Below are positions 32,446-40,825 of a stretch of DNA of 64,000 nucleotides, one piece after another. Position 1 is the stretch's first letter; every line of letters begins with the position of its first letter. The DNA is taken from positions 51,426 to 115,425 of the forward strand of contig JAXGJZ010000005.1 in the NCBI GenBank assembly GCA_040769985.1, read 5' to 3'. The stretch comes from Desulfobacterales bacterium. Its GTDB lineage: Bacteria > Desulfobacterota > Desulfobacteria > Desulfobacterales > JAHDSC01. The notes under the pieces were generated by a model. It made no database searches. It had not been told where the DNA came from and was given only the letters and a program-made list of their open reading frames with translations. Position numbers and translations under genes: made by a program.

Positions 32446-32539
32446 GACTTTTTAAAAATTCTCGATTTCACCGAAGTTCGAGGAAGACGATCGTTTTTCT
32501 TAAGAAATTTATTGCGTATTGCAGAATTTAAATTTGAAC
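32446..32539 (+). repeat. ~93-bp intergenic repeat, copy C (inverted relative to A and B)
   Basis: See copy B. B and C form an inverted pair around a 492-bp AT-rich ORF-less core (31954-32445). Confidence 0.7.
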
Positions 32540-32864
32540 CGGACCCATAAACAGGGAGAAGAATGGCATTAGACCTTGGTGCCTGGATCCGACAGAACCG
32601 ATCACTCAATGCTGTTGCGGTTTACGAATGGAAAGATCCGGTTAATCGTCACGATAAGGGTTAACCTTTCGGCTGAAACGGACGATATCCAAACCTAGCG
32701 GTAACATTCATTGAATTTAGAAGTCTTCCAATCCCCCAAGCCAAACGATATCTTCCTTAAAAGGGCGATAAAGTGTTTTTATTCTTTTTAATGGGGCCAA
32801 ATCGAGATTGTGCCTTGTGGGTAGATCCCTAATTTTATTTTCAAATTTTGATAAGGATTTTGTT

Positions 32865-34721
32865 ATGACGAACCTGCGTATTACCTGTAGCTTTTTTCTG
32901 ATGGTTTTATTATGCGGTTGCATACACAATTTAAATGATTCCGCTTTAGTAGCGGATGAAAAATCGCCTGACGCGGTTTCACGGGAAAACTCCAATGCCT
33001 CTTATTGTCAGTTTGATTATCAGAATGATGATCCCATGTTTTTTCCGAACATAACACAGGCCGATTCCTCTGTACCCGACAATTCTACGGAAGAAGTGGA
33101 TCCAATGGAAGGCACGGAATCAGAGGGTGAAGATTCCGAGAAGGGGTCTGACCTTACAAAGAAAACGCAATCCATTCTCGACGAAGCCCTGGATCTTTGC
33201 CGGGTATCCCAGGATTACTGGCAAAAAGGAGAATTGGAAAAGGCGATCGAGGCACTGGATCAGGCTTATTCCCTGATTCTTGAAGTGGATGTGAATGACC
33301 GATCCAAGTTCATCCAGCAAAAAGAAGATCTTCGTTTCATGATATCAAAACGGATCCTTGAAATATACGCGTCCCGCCATATCGTTGTTAACGGAAATCA
33401 TAATGCCATTCCCCTCGTGATTAACAAACACGTTCAGTCTGAAATCGATTCGTTTACCAAAGGAAATGAAAAGGAATTTTTTATTGAATCCTACAAACGT
33501 TCCGGAAAGTACCGTGCTCGCATGGCGGAAGAACTCAAACAAGCGGGTCTTCCGGTGGAATTGTCCTGGCTCCCCCTGATCGAAAGCGGATTCAAGGCCA
33601 AAGCGCTTTCATCCGCAAGAGCGCTGGGCCTCTGGCAGTTTATACCATCGACCGGATACAAATTCGGACTGAAACGGGACACGTTCATTGATGAACGCCT
33701 TGACCCTGAAAAATCAACAAGGGCCGCCATTGATTATCTGAAAGAGCTTCATCAGATGTTTGGAGATTGGTCAACGGTTCTGGCGGCTTATAACTGCGGC
33801 GAAGGAAAAGTGCTGCGGGTGATCCGAGATCAAAACGTTAATTATCTCGACAACTTCTGGGACCTTTATGAACGGCTCCCGCGGGAAACCGCAAGATATG
33901 TCCCCAGATTCCTTGCCACCCTTCATATCGTCGGTTGCCCGGAAAAATACGGTCTTGATCAAATCGATATCTGCTCTCCCCTCGTATATGAGACGGTAAT
34001 CGTCTCGAAACAAATCCATTTCAAGGATATATCAAGAAAAACCGGAATTTCCGAACTCCTGTTAAAAGAGTTGAACCCGGAACTTCGTTATAACATATTG
34101 CCGAACGATAAGTATGTTCTAAAAATCCCTTCCGGCAACCAGGATCTGTTGCTTGCCAATCTCGATGAAATACCCGTCGTATCCACCCCAAGGCCCGCCT
34201 TCGTGAATCACCGGGTCAGATCCGGCGAGACCTTGTCTTCCATCGCCATGCGATACCGCACAAGCGTCCAGAATATCGCCCGGGCAAACAACCTGCATCG
34301 AAAAAACTATATCGTAACTGGAAAAGTACTCAAAATTCCCGCGAAAGGAGGCATTTCATATCCCCCCCTTCCTTCTGAAAAAACCGATCCGAAAATGTGT
34401 AAAAATGATGGGAAACACATCGTAAAGAGCGGCGACTCTCTCTGGAATATCGCCAAGCGATATGGGACAACCACTCAAAAAATCTGCGGAGTGAACAATC
34501 TTTCAAGCACCAACCTAACGATCGGGCAGATATTGAAGATTCCCGGATGCGAAAACGAAAAACCGGTGCCTTCCGGGTCCAAAACCTATCGGGTCAAACG
34601 CGGAGATAGTCCATTCAAGATCGCGCAACAATACAATATGTCTCTGGAACAATTGTTGAACCTGAACAACCTGACACAAAACAGCAAGATTTATCCCGGC
34701 CAGAAACTTTATACCGAATAA
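32865..34721 (+). CDS. Lipoprotein lytic transglycosylase (MltD-like SLT domain) with three C-terminal LysM repeats
   Basis: ORF 32808..34721. Start at ATG 32865, preceded by AAGGA. Signal/lipobox LMVLLCGC. SLT core LPLIESGFKAKALSSARALGLWQFIPSTG. Three LysM units (HRVRSGETLSSIA.., HIVKSGDSLWNIA.., YRVKRGDSPFKIA..). Confidence 0.9.
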   Translation: MTNLRITCSFFLMVLLCGCIHNLNDSALVADEKSPDAVSRENSNASYCQFDYQNDDPMFFPNITQADSSVPDNSTEEVDPMEGTESEGEDSEKGSDLTKKTQSILDEALDLCRVSQDYWQKGELEKAIEALDQAYSLILEVDVNDRSKFIQQKEDLRFMISKRILEIYASRHIVVNGNHNAIPLVINKHVQSEIDSFTKGNEKEFFIESYKRSGKYRARMAEELKQAGLPVELSWLPLIESGFKAKALSSARALGLWQFIPSTGYKFGLKRDTFIDERLDPEKSTRAAIDYLKELHQMFGDWSTVLAAYNCGEGKVLRVIRDQNVNYLDNFWDLYERLPRETARYVPRFLATLHIVGCPEKYGLDQIDICSPLVYETVIVSKQIHFKDISRKTGISELLLKELNPELRYNILPNDKYVLKIPSGNQDLLLANLDEIPVVSTPRPAFVNHRVRSGETLSSIAMRYRTSVQNIARANNLHRKNYIVTGKVLKIPAKGGISYPPLPSEKTDPKMCKNDGKHIVKSGDSLWNIAKRYGTTTQKICGVNNLSSTNLTIGQILKIPGCENEKPVPSGSKTYRVKRGDSPFKIAQQYNMSLEQLLNLNNLTQNSKIYPGQKLYTE

Positions 34722-35202
34722 TCTTCGCTGGATCACCCCGGGGTGTAAAGGATAAGATTGTTTGAAAATGCTCAATTTCGGTCAGGTTCAAGGAAGACGG
34801 CAATTTGCACCGCGGGAATACATTATGTATTTCGAAGATTTAACTCAGACTCCATCGTGAAAAGCCTAAAAACTTTAATGGAAAAGACAGTTTCGAAAAA
34901 AGCTTCCGAAAGTAATACGCGTGAGTCCTGAAAAATGAAAAATAGGTTCTTGAACGTCGCAATAGCAAAGGATGAAACGCAACACCGCATCTATGTTTTT
35001 TGCAAAGATTTTCGAAAAGGAGACTGACCCTGGAACCGGAGGAAAAAAGGCGTGGCAAAAGGGTCTCTTGAAACCAATTTGAATTCTGAGACCTTTCCAT
35101 AATTTCTCCTTTCTGCCGGTTTCTCCATTCATAAAGGAAAAATCAGTATTTTTCCCTTGATTAAAACTTCCTTTTTTTGAATAATCACTCGCCATATGAC
35201 TC

Positions 35203-35278
35203 GCCCCCGTAGCTCAGTGGATAGAGCAATGGATTCCTAATCCATGTGCCGCAGGTCCGATTCCTGCCGGGGGCACCA
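35203..35278 (+). tRNA. tRNA-Arg (anticodon CCT); its 3' 47 nt form attL
   Basis: GCCCCCGTAGCTCAGTGGATAGAGCA-ATGGA-TTCCTAA-TCCAT-GTGCC-GCAGGTCCGATTCCTGC-CGGGGGCACCA. Confidence 0.93.
35232..35278 (+). repeat. attL core (47-bp direct repeat, inside the intact tRNA-Arg)
   Basis: gattcctaatccatgtgccgcaggtccgattcctgccgggggcacca, identical to 43293-43339. Confidence 0.92.
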
Positions 35279-35289
35279 ATAAAATCAAA

Positions 35290-35320
35290 GGCTTACGGTT
35301 AAATGCTGTAAGCCTTTTTT
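35290..35320 (+). terminator. Rho-independent terminator for tRNA-Arg, encoded by the island side of attL
   Basis: GGCTTAC-11 nt-GTAAGCC followed by TTTTTT, 12 nt after the CCA end. Confidence 0.65.
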
Positions 35321-35332
35321 GTTTAATGGCGG

Positions 35333-35359
35333 TTCCAGTCCCGCTATAGTCCCGCTTTT
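35333..35359 (+). repeat. 27-bp direct repeat, left copy (candidate integrase arm-type site)
   Basis: ttccagtcccgctatagtcccgctttt, identical to 43150-43176. Contains a tandem GCGGGACT half-site on the minus strand. Confidence 0.6.
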
Positions 35360-35386
35360 GGAAAAAATTAAGCTTGTCCACCAAAT

Positions 35387-35410
35387 AAAAAAGCGGGATA
35401 TTAACCCCGC
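35387..35410 (-). terminator. Rho-independent terminator (island operon, distal)
   Basis: Minus strand reads GCGGGG-TTAATAT-CCCGC-TTTTTTATTT. Confidence 0.6.
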
Positions 35411-35491
35411 TTTCTCTAAAAATTAACTCTCAATTTTGCTATCGAATCGGTTACAACTTTTACCTGCCTGATGATTTTTTCCGCCAAAAGC

Positions 35492-35513
35492 AAAAAAGCG
35501 GGACAATCCCGCC
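35492..35513 (-). terminator. Rho-independent terminator (island operon, proximal)
   Basis: Minus strand reads GGCGGGA-TTG-TCCCGC-TTTTTTGC, about 170 nt after the last island ORF. Confidence 0.65.
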
Positions 35514-35684
35514 TTTCTGCAATGAATCTTCGTAAATTCAAACTGTTTCGCCGTTATTGGCCAAAAACGGCTTAGCCATTTGGCGTATGAGAAACGATCT
35601 ACTTTCAGCCCATATCAAGGTATGGCCTTTTTATTTTATCCCCTTAAAACGTGAATCATACGGCCTTGATTTGTTCGTCATGGC

Positions 35685-36041
35685 TCATTGTATGCGTCCA
35701 TGAACAAAAACACAGATATTTCCGGCTCCTGAAGTGTCAAGCGTCAAAGCTGTTCCCGGTGAAAGCGCCATTCCGCCCCTGGTGGTGAAGCCCCATTGAA
35801 GGGTCGTATTTTCCGCCATTGCAAGCGGTCCGATAAGCGCCGATGTCACCGCCGCGCCTGTTTTTCCTTGGCCGATTGTCACGGTCAAAGTCGCGCCAAC
35901 ATTTACCATTAGATGATCCACAAAAATTGATTTCCCTGAAACCGCTGCCACAAGTTCTTCACAGCCGCTTGCATCCGCCGATACTCCATTGACAATGAAT
36001 CCGAATTCCCCCGCCTGTGGTGTCGTGATTGAAATTGCCAT
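35685..36041 (-). CDS. Island orphan protein, 118 aa, Gly/Ala/Thr/Val-rich (probably all-beta)
   Basis: ATG preceded by GGAGGAATT. No motif I recognise. Last gene before the terminators. Confidence 0.6.
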   Translation of the reverse strand: MAISITTPQAGEFGFIVNGVSADASGCEELVAAVSGKSIFVDHLMVNVGATLTVTIGQGKTGAAVTSALIGPLAMAENTTLQWGFTTRGGMALSPGTALTLDTSGAGNICVFVHGRIQ

Positions 36042-36157
36042 AATTCCTCCGTTTGTTTTTTTGTTTTTGAGTAAAGCGCGGCGTTCTGGACGGTGAACCC
36101 CGCGCTCTTATCGCCGTGCCAACTCCCATATTGTTTCACGGCGAATCGATACGCGGC

Positions 36158-36880
36158 TTATCGCCGCAATACTTTCTTAATCTTTTCCAGTGTTTTTCCA
36201 ATCTTCCAGTCCATTTCATCGTCCGAAGGTAAAAGGTCCCTGGCGCTGGGTAGCTTTGAACCTGGAATAGGTCGGCTGCCGGTGGTTTCGGTGAATTCGT
36301 CAATATTCGGTACGTCGGCTCGAAGCTGTTCAATTTTTTCAATATTCAATTCCGGTTCAAGTTTCATTGACTCCAAGGTCTTGATTGCATTCCGGCAATA
36401 CGCCAAAGCCTTGACAATCGCCTTCTGATTGCTGGCCGCCGTGGTTTTTTCGGTCATGTCGATTAGGTTTTGTTTTTTTCCTTCAAATCTTGCGGAAGGC
36501 TTAATCTGCATAAACTTTGCATGAAGGCCTCGAAAAAGCTCAATTTCGCGGTCAATCCGGCTGTCGGCGCTGTTTAGCAACTCGGCTTCCAGGTTTCCAA
36601 TCAAGTTTTCCGTGAAAAGGCGTTTGCTGATGGTTTCGGCCTTCTTTCGGGTGATCTCGGCTCTAAGCTTTTGCGCTCTGGCTTCGATCTCTCTTAATTC
36701 CTGTTCTTCCTTTTCCGCGACGGTGTAAGGCGTCGGCAATTCGGACAATTCGGCTTTCAATTCGGCAATTTTGGAAGCGGCTTCTGTTCTCTTTTTCAAC
36801 AATTCGGCGGCCTTTTCCGCCAAAATTTGTTGCGTTAGCGGGTGGCCTTCGATTGTTTTTAGCAATTCTTTTGAGTCCAT
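36158..36880 (-). CDS. Island orphan protein, 240 aa, predicted coiled-coil
   Basis: Long heptad-like Glu/Lys/Leu/Ala stretches (KIAELKAELSEL.., EIEARAQKLRAEITRKKAE). Tight spacing with the upstream gene. Confidence 0.6.
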   Translation of the reverse strand: MDSKELLKTIEGHPLTQQILAEKAAELLKKRTEAASKIAELKAELSELPTPYTVAEKEEQELREIEARAQKLRAEITRKKAETISKRLFTENLIGNLEAELLNSADSRIDREIELFRGLHAKFMQIKPSARFEGKKQNLIDMTEKTTAASNQKAIVKALAYCRNAIKTLESMKLEPELNIEKIEQLRADVPNIDEFTETTGSRPIPGSKLPSARDLLPSDDEMDWKIGKTLEKIKKVLRR

Positions 36881-36886
36881 AGGCGT

Positions 36887-37156
36887 TTATTTTCCTTTCG
36901 TTTTTGATGTTTTTTCATAATCTTTCATGGCTTGTGGCTTTTCGCCTGGTCGAAGTGGCATATATCCAAATACGCCTGGGATTCTTGGAATTCCCTGGAG
37001 GCTCAAAATATATTCCCGATTCTCGAACCAAGCTGCCTTTCTGTGTGAGTCTGATTCAAAAGGCATCACGTTGCCAAGGCACCATCCATAAATGAGATGT
37101 TCGATTTGTCGGCCGGTAAGTCCTTGATTAATTTTAGATTTCATTAAAATTGTCAT
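36887..37156 (-). CDS. Island orphan protein, 89 aa
   Basis: ORF 36887..37189. The ATG at 37156 overlaps the upstream stop as TAATG (translational coupling). Confidence 0.5.
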   Translation of the reverse strand: MTILMKSKINQGLTGRQIEHLIYGWCLGNVMPFESDSHRKAAWFENREYILSLQGIPRIPGVFGYMPLRPGEKPQAMKDYEKTSKTKGK

Positions 37157-37488
37157 TAGTTCCTCTTGTTTTTTTTTGCTTGTTCCCAATACGTCGGTCG
37201 GCCTGGTCCCCTGGTCGCCGTGTTGTCTGTTTCAAGCTTTAATTGTTTCATGGCGCTTAGAAATTGGCTCTGTGCATCCCTTATTGTCGCCAGTAGCGGG
37301 TGCGCCTTCGTTCCGCCCCGGTCGCCTTGAACGGTCATTCCTTCCGCTCGAACAATGGCCATTGCCGAATGTTTAAGGTCGTAGGCTTCCAAAGCCGCGT
37401 CCAGAATCGCCAATGAAGCGTCGTCGGCGAATTCAAATTGTTCCAAGATTGATTTTTTGAGCTTTTCCGCCTTTTCTGATAGTTCCAT
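37156..37488 (-). CDS. Phage small-terminase-like protein (P27 / Terminase_4-like)
   Basis: Core DDASLAILDAALEAYDLKHSAMAIVRAEGMTVQGDRGGTKAHPLLATIRDAQSQFLSAMKQLKL. It follows the D..L...c.ay....a...i..eG......G....hP......a......l..lgL pattern of P27-family TerS, recalled from memory. Start at either 37488 or 37506. Confidence 0.5.
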   Translation of the reverse strand: MELSEKAEKLKKSILEQFEFADDASLAILDAALEAYDLKHSAMAIVRAEGMTVQGDRGGTKAHPLLATIRDAQSQFLSAMKQLKLETDNTATRGPGRPTYWEQAKKNKRN

Positions 37489-37611
37489 GTGTCCTCCTTT
37501 TGGCAATAAAGGAAAAAAATAAATGCGTTTTCGTTGAAGGAGCCACCCGGTTAACCCGCTTGAAAGCTCCTATGATTTAACCCCCCCTATCCACCTGTTA
37601 TTATTCCATAA

Positions 37612-38064
37612 TCAGAATGGAATGTTTTCCCATTCAAGAAGTTTTCTTTTTATTGCTTTTTCGTCAACTTCGATGGTCTTCTGCCTGTTCACCCAGCGAA
37701 GGCATTCCACTAAAAACTTTTTCACCGTCGCCGGTGGTGTCCCGTTTCGGATCTGCAATCTAATCGCCGGATCGCCGCTGATGAGTTCGGCGGTGCTTCC
37801 TGACAGTGTGACGTTTTCCATTTCTTCCCCGGTGCATATGTTTTCGTGCCGATTGCAAAGGATGAGCTGATAAAAATATCCAATCCGCCTATCCGTGTCC
37901 GTCATGCGTTTCAGTAATTGGATTCGTTCCGGTTCGTTCCGATAGCCGCGCAAATCGAGAAAGCCGTCACGTTCGCCGTTTAAAAGCCTGAAGAAATCAC
38001 TGAAACTGATCGTGATTGATTCTGCCTGTAAATCATCCTCGTTGATGTTTAGTTGTACCTGCAT
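37612..38064 (-). CDS. Island orphan protein, 150 aa
   Basis: Intact ORF in the co-directional array. No recognisable motif. Confidence 0.5.
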   Translation of the reverse strand: MQVQLNINEDDLQAESITISFSDFFRLLNGERDGFLDLRGYRNEPERIQLLKRMTDTDRRIGYFYQLILCNRHENICTGEEMENVTLSGSTAELISGDPAIRLQIRNGTPPATVKKFLVECLRWVNRQKTIEVDEKAIKRKLLEWENIPF

Positions 38065-38091
38065 TGTTTATTTATCCTTCCTATGTTTTAT

Positions 38092-38418
38092 TTATATTCT
38101 TTCGCTTTTCCTTGGCCGCCATATATTTAAAAGAAACATTAAGCCTTCGTCCTTGGTCTTTTCGGTGATAATGCCGGACCGATAGCCGCGCATTAAAATC
38201 ATGTATCGCTGGGTAAATTCCACGTTTGATAAAAAGCGCCTGGTGTCTATGGTCGTGACCTGGTCAAGAAGTGCCTGCTTCAATAGCCTTGCCTTGTGTG
38301 TTTTTGCATATTCAACCGCCTTCCTGGCTTCGTCCGGGTGCAGCTTAGACAGTCCCTTGATTTTCAACTTGCCGTTTTCAAGGTCCGCTGTGATGGATAG
38401 TTCGGAAAAAATATTCAT
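38092..38418 (-). CDS. Island orphan protein, 108 aa (N-terminus weakly resembles a TubC-N-type docking motif)
   Basis: ADLENGKLKIKGLSKLHPDEARKAVEYAKTHKARLLKQAL resembles the G.L.y....L.pe....l..hK..Ll..L motif. Weak. Confidence 0.45.
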   Translation of the reverse strand: MNIFSELSITADLENGKLKIKGLSKLHPDEARKAVEYAKTHKARLLKQALLDQVTTIDTRRFLSNVEFTQRYMILMRGYRSGIITEKTKDEGLMFLLNIWRPRKSERI

Positions 38419-38430
38419 AGTTCCACCTCA

Positions 38431-38628
38431 TCAATTTGTTTCGGTGACGATATGACGATGGTGATAAAACGTCCGGCTTTCGTCCTGCCGATAGACAAAT
38501 TGATTCCGGTTTTTCTCAAAAAACTGGCTGCTCGTTTCAGTCGCCTTGACAGTGCATTTGCGCCTTTCGGCCATGTTTTTTCTTTTCTGGTGCTTTCGGG
38601 TTCTCTTTCGTTCAGTTTTGCTTAACAA
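38431..38628 (-). CDS. Island small basic protein, 65 aa or shorter
   Basis: Arg/Lys-rich N-terminus. The real start may be MAERRKC (38574). Coding status is uncertain. Confidence 0.3.
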   Translation of the reverse strand: MLSKTERKRTRKHQKRKNMAERRKCTVKATETSSQFFEKNRNQFVYRQDESRTFYHHRHIVTETN

Positions 38629-38678
38629 AGAATGTACATAGCAATATAACCCTTTAATTTTTTTTTATTTCTCTTTAT

Positions 38679-39896
38679 CTATGTATATTCTTTGTGAAGC
38701 AAGCCCGGTATTCCGTCAAAAATTTCAGACCCACCGATGAGATCAACCCCTTTTTGAGATAGCTGCCATGTCCAAGCTGCGGTTTCGCCAGTGCCGTCCA
38801 GATCCTGATTCAACAATCCAATGGAGGCAAGGTCTTCAAGAATGACCTTTGCCGTTGTTGCGGGCATCCCGGTTGTTTTTGCGATTTCTTTTGTTTTCCG
38901 CCATTCGGACAGCACTTCAAAAACCTTTTCAACCCACAGACTTTGAATAATTTTCAACCGGTGCTTGCTGATTAAATCTCTCCCGATTTTTTTCACGGTT
39001 TCATATATGGATTCATCGATGCACTTTTTGCCACGAACACACGCCAGCGCCATCCCCATTTGTAGAAATTGCTTCGCCAGTCGCGCCGGGCCTTCCGGTT
39101 CGGGCTGATATTGGATGCACTGTGTCCGATAATCCCGTTCGACAACACACCGCCCATATGCGCAAAATACCGCAAGAGTCACTATCAGGGATTCAACATC
39201 TTCCGGAGTTTGCTCAAACTGGATGCTTTCCGCGTCAAACTGGTTTACAAATTTATGAACCGCATCCCTGATTTCTTTGCGCATGAGAGTTTCTTTTCCC
39301 ACATTTTTGATAGCTTTCATTCCCATGTGGTATTCATCTCTTGTATTACTTCGATACAAAAGGAATCGATCCCCCATTGAGCCAATGACGGAATAGTGCC
39401 GGTCGTAAACTGGAGTGCATGCCCCCATAAACCCCACATGGCCCTGCCAATCAATTTTCACGCCCGTTCCGAAAGCTTTAGAATAACTACCGTCGTAAAC
39501 CTCTCTAAGCTGTGCAAGAATCTCCTGCTGCTGTTCGCTTCGCATGGAAAGCACTGTGGTAAAATCTTTCAGTACAAGCGTTTTGTCATTCAGTTTTGGC
39601 AGTAAAGACGGTTGCGGTGTGCTTTTCGTCGGTTTTTGACCACTGATTAGAGTTGAAGGCGTTAACGATGAAAGGAAGCAAGTTTGCGGGTGCCCTTCAA
39701 ACCCACGCAATAACTCTGTCTTAGTAGTCGAGGGTGGAGCAATAAACAACATCCATAAAGGATCGGTTTGGAACTGATTTGCCAAATGGACGGCAAGCAT
39801 AACGTCAATCACGGTGTCGTCTTCTATGAAAAGATGTTTTTTAATTACCGTTTTTAGAGTTTCTAAAGGAAATTTTAATCCGTTTTCGTGTTCCAC
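38679..39896 (-). CDS. AAA+-like protein with degenerate Walker A (APPSTTKT) and a C-terminal winged-helix; putative replication initiator/helicase-loader-like protein
   Basis: FIAPPSTTKTELL at residues 51-63 mirrors GPPGTGKT with all Gly replaced. LVLKDFT is Walker-B-like. C-terminal KEIAKTTGMPATTAKVILEDLASIGLL is wHTH-like. Directly follows the primase and overlaps it by 56 nt. Confidence 0.5.
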   Translation of the reverse strand: MEHENGLKFPLETLKTVIKKHLFIEDDTVIDVMLAVHLANQFQTDPLWMLFIAPPSTTKTELLRGFEGHPQTCFLSSLTPSTLISGQKPTKSTPQPSLLPKLNDKTLVLKDFTTVLSMRSEQQQEILAQLREVYDGSYSKAFGTGVKIDWQGHVGFMGACTPVYDRHYSVIGSMGDRFLLYRSNTRDEYHMGMKAIKNVGKETLMRKEIRDAVHKFVNQFDAESIQFEQTPEDVESLIVTLAVFCAYGRCVVERDYRTQCIQYQPEPEGPARLAKQFLQMGMALACVRGKKCIDESIYETVKKIGRDLISKHRLKIIQSLWVEKVFEVLSEWRKTKEIAKTTGMPATTAKVILEDLASIGLLNQDLDGTGETAAWTWQLSQKGVDLIGGSEIFDGIPGLLHKEYT

Positions 39897-40824
39897 TTTC
39901 GGGGTCTCCTCGTTTTACGAAAATTAAGCCTGTTGATGTCTGTAACTGCTGCTTCACCGCATCGATTCCTTCAAGTGCATATAAGTCATTAAAGTCGCTC
40001 GGCTTCGTGGCAACATCCTTAAAGCGCGGTGCGGCAACCTTGCCCTTGACAGCCAAGGCCGCCTGTCGTGCCTTGCTAAGTCCAGGATTTCCTTCGGTCC
40101 ATCGGTCGTCATCCGCGCAAACGACGATTTCAGCTTTTGGGTATTTCTGCCGGATCGTTCGCGCAACTGGAAGAAGGTTTCCCGCGTCGAAGGCAATTAT
40201 CGTATGGCCGCCTGTAGCCATGTGAACGGCCGCCGTAGTTGCGAAGCCTTCGCCAATATAAACGGTGTCGCCGTTGCCTGGGATCTCAAAGAAGTGTCCG
40301 GCCTTTTGTCCACCAGGGAGAAAGCGTTTCGTTCCGTCGCCTGAAATAAACTGTAAGGTTCGGATCGTCCCGCTTGCGTCCCGTGCCGGAATGATAAGCC
40401 GTCCGTCCTTGGCAACCCGCAAACCACCATAAGCTTGAACCCGCTTCTTTCGTAAATACTGGTGATCGGTCGCCGGTGTTGAGTGATCCCATATCCGCAA
40501 GGCTTTTTCGGCTGCTGCCTTGTGGATTCGCGCTTGCTCTGCTTCCCGGATTTGCTTTTGTTGTTCAATCCGTCGTAGGAAGTCTTCTCGTTCTTCCGGT
40601 GAAAGCTCGGATTGCTTTTTTTGACACCAAGTGAAGGATTCCCCGGCCTTCCAATCGCCGAAGCTTCCCGCTGGAATTCCGTCACCGTGTAAACAATACC
40701 AACCATCGGGGTTTTTACTTCCGTTCGGTCGGAAACGGTGGAGGCATCCGTCCGGGATTATTTCTTCCTGAAGGTCAATACCAGCCGCCGCCATTGCTTC
40801 CCTGAATTGTCCAAGCTCGATCAT
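39841..40824 (-). CDS. Phage/plasmid-type DNA primase (COG4643-like N-terminal domain plus Toprim domain)
   Basis: IIPDGCLHRFRPNGSKNPDGWYCLHGDGIPAGSFGDWKAGESFTWC N-domain. Toprim core VYIGEGFATTAAVHMATG..IAFDAGNL..IVVCADDD..NPGLSKARQAA. The ATG at 40824 lies 1 nt after the upstream stop. A TTG alternative is at 40836. Confidence 0.85.
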   Translation of the reverse strand: MIELGQFREAMAAAGIDLQEEIIPDGCLHRFRPNGSKNPDGWYCLHGDGIPAGSFGDWKAGESFTWCQKKQSELSPEEREDFLRRIEQQKQIREAEQARIHKAAAEKALRIWDHSTPATDHQYLRKKRVQAYGGLRVAKDGRLIIPARDASGTIRTLQFISGDGTKRFLPGGQKAGHFFEIPGNGDTVYIGEGFATTAAVHMATGGHTIIAFDAGNLLPVARTIRQKYPKAEIVVCADDDRWTEGNPGLSKARQAALAVKGKVAAPRFKDVATKPSDFNDLYALEGIDAVKQQLQTSTGLIFVKRGDPESGTRKRIKISFRNSKNGN

Positions 40825-40825
40825 G

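Noticed and set aside
34840-35195. 86-aa and 106-aa minus-strand ORFs between the transglycosylase and tRNA-Arg
   Set aside because: They overlap each other in different frames, lack an SD and have odd composition (Phe/Ser/Arg-rich). The region more likely holds the tRNA-Arg promoter.
35387-35513. AAGCGGGA-containing hairpins near attL, considered as extra integrase arm sites
   Set aside because: On the minus strand both are canonical GC stem plus T-run intrinsic terminators, placed after the last island gene. Similar GCGGGAC hairpins also occur in the rplL-rpoB spacer, so the shared motif is not island-specific.
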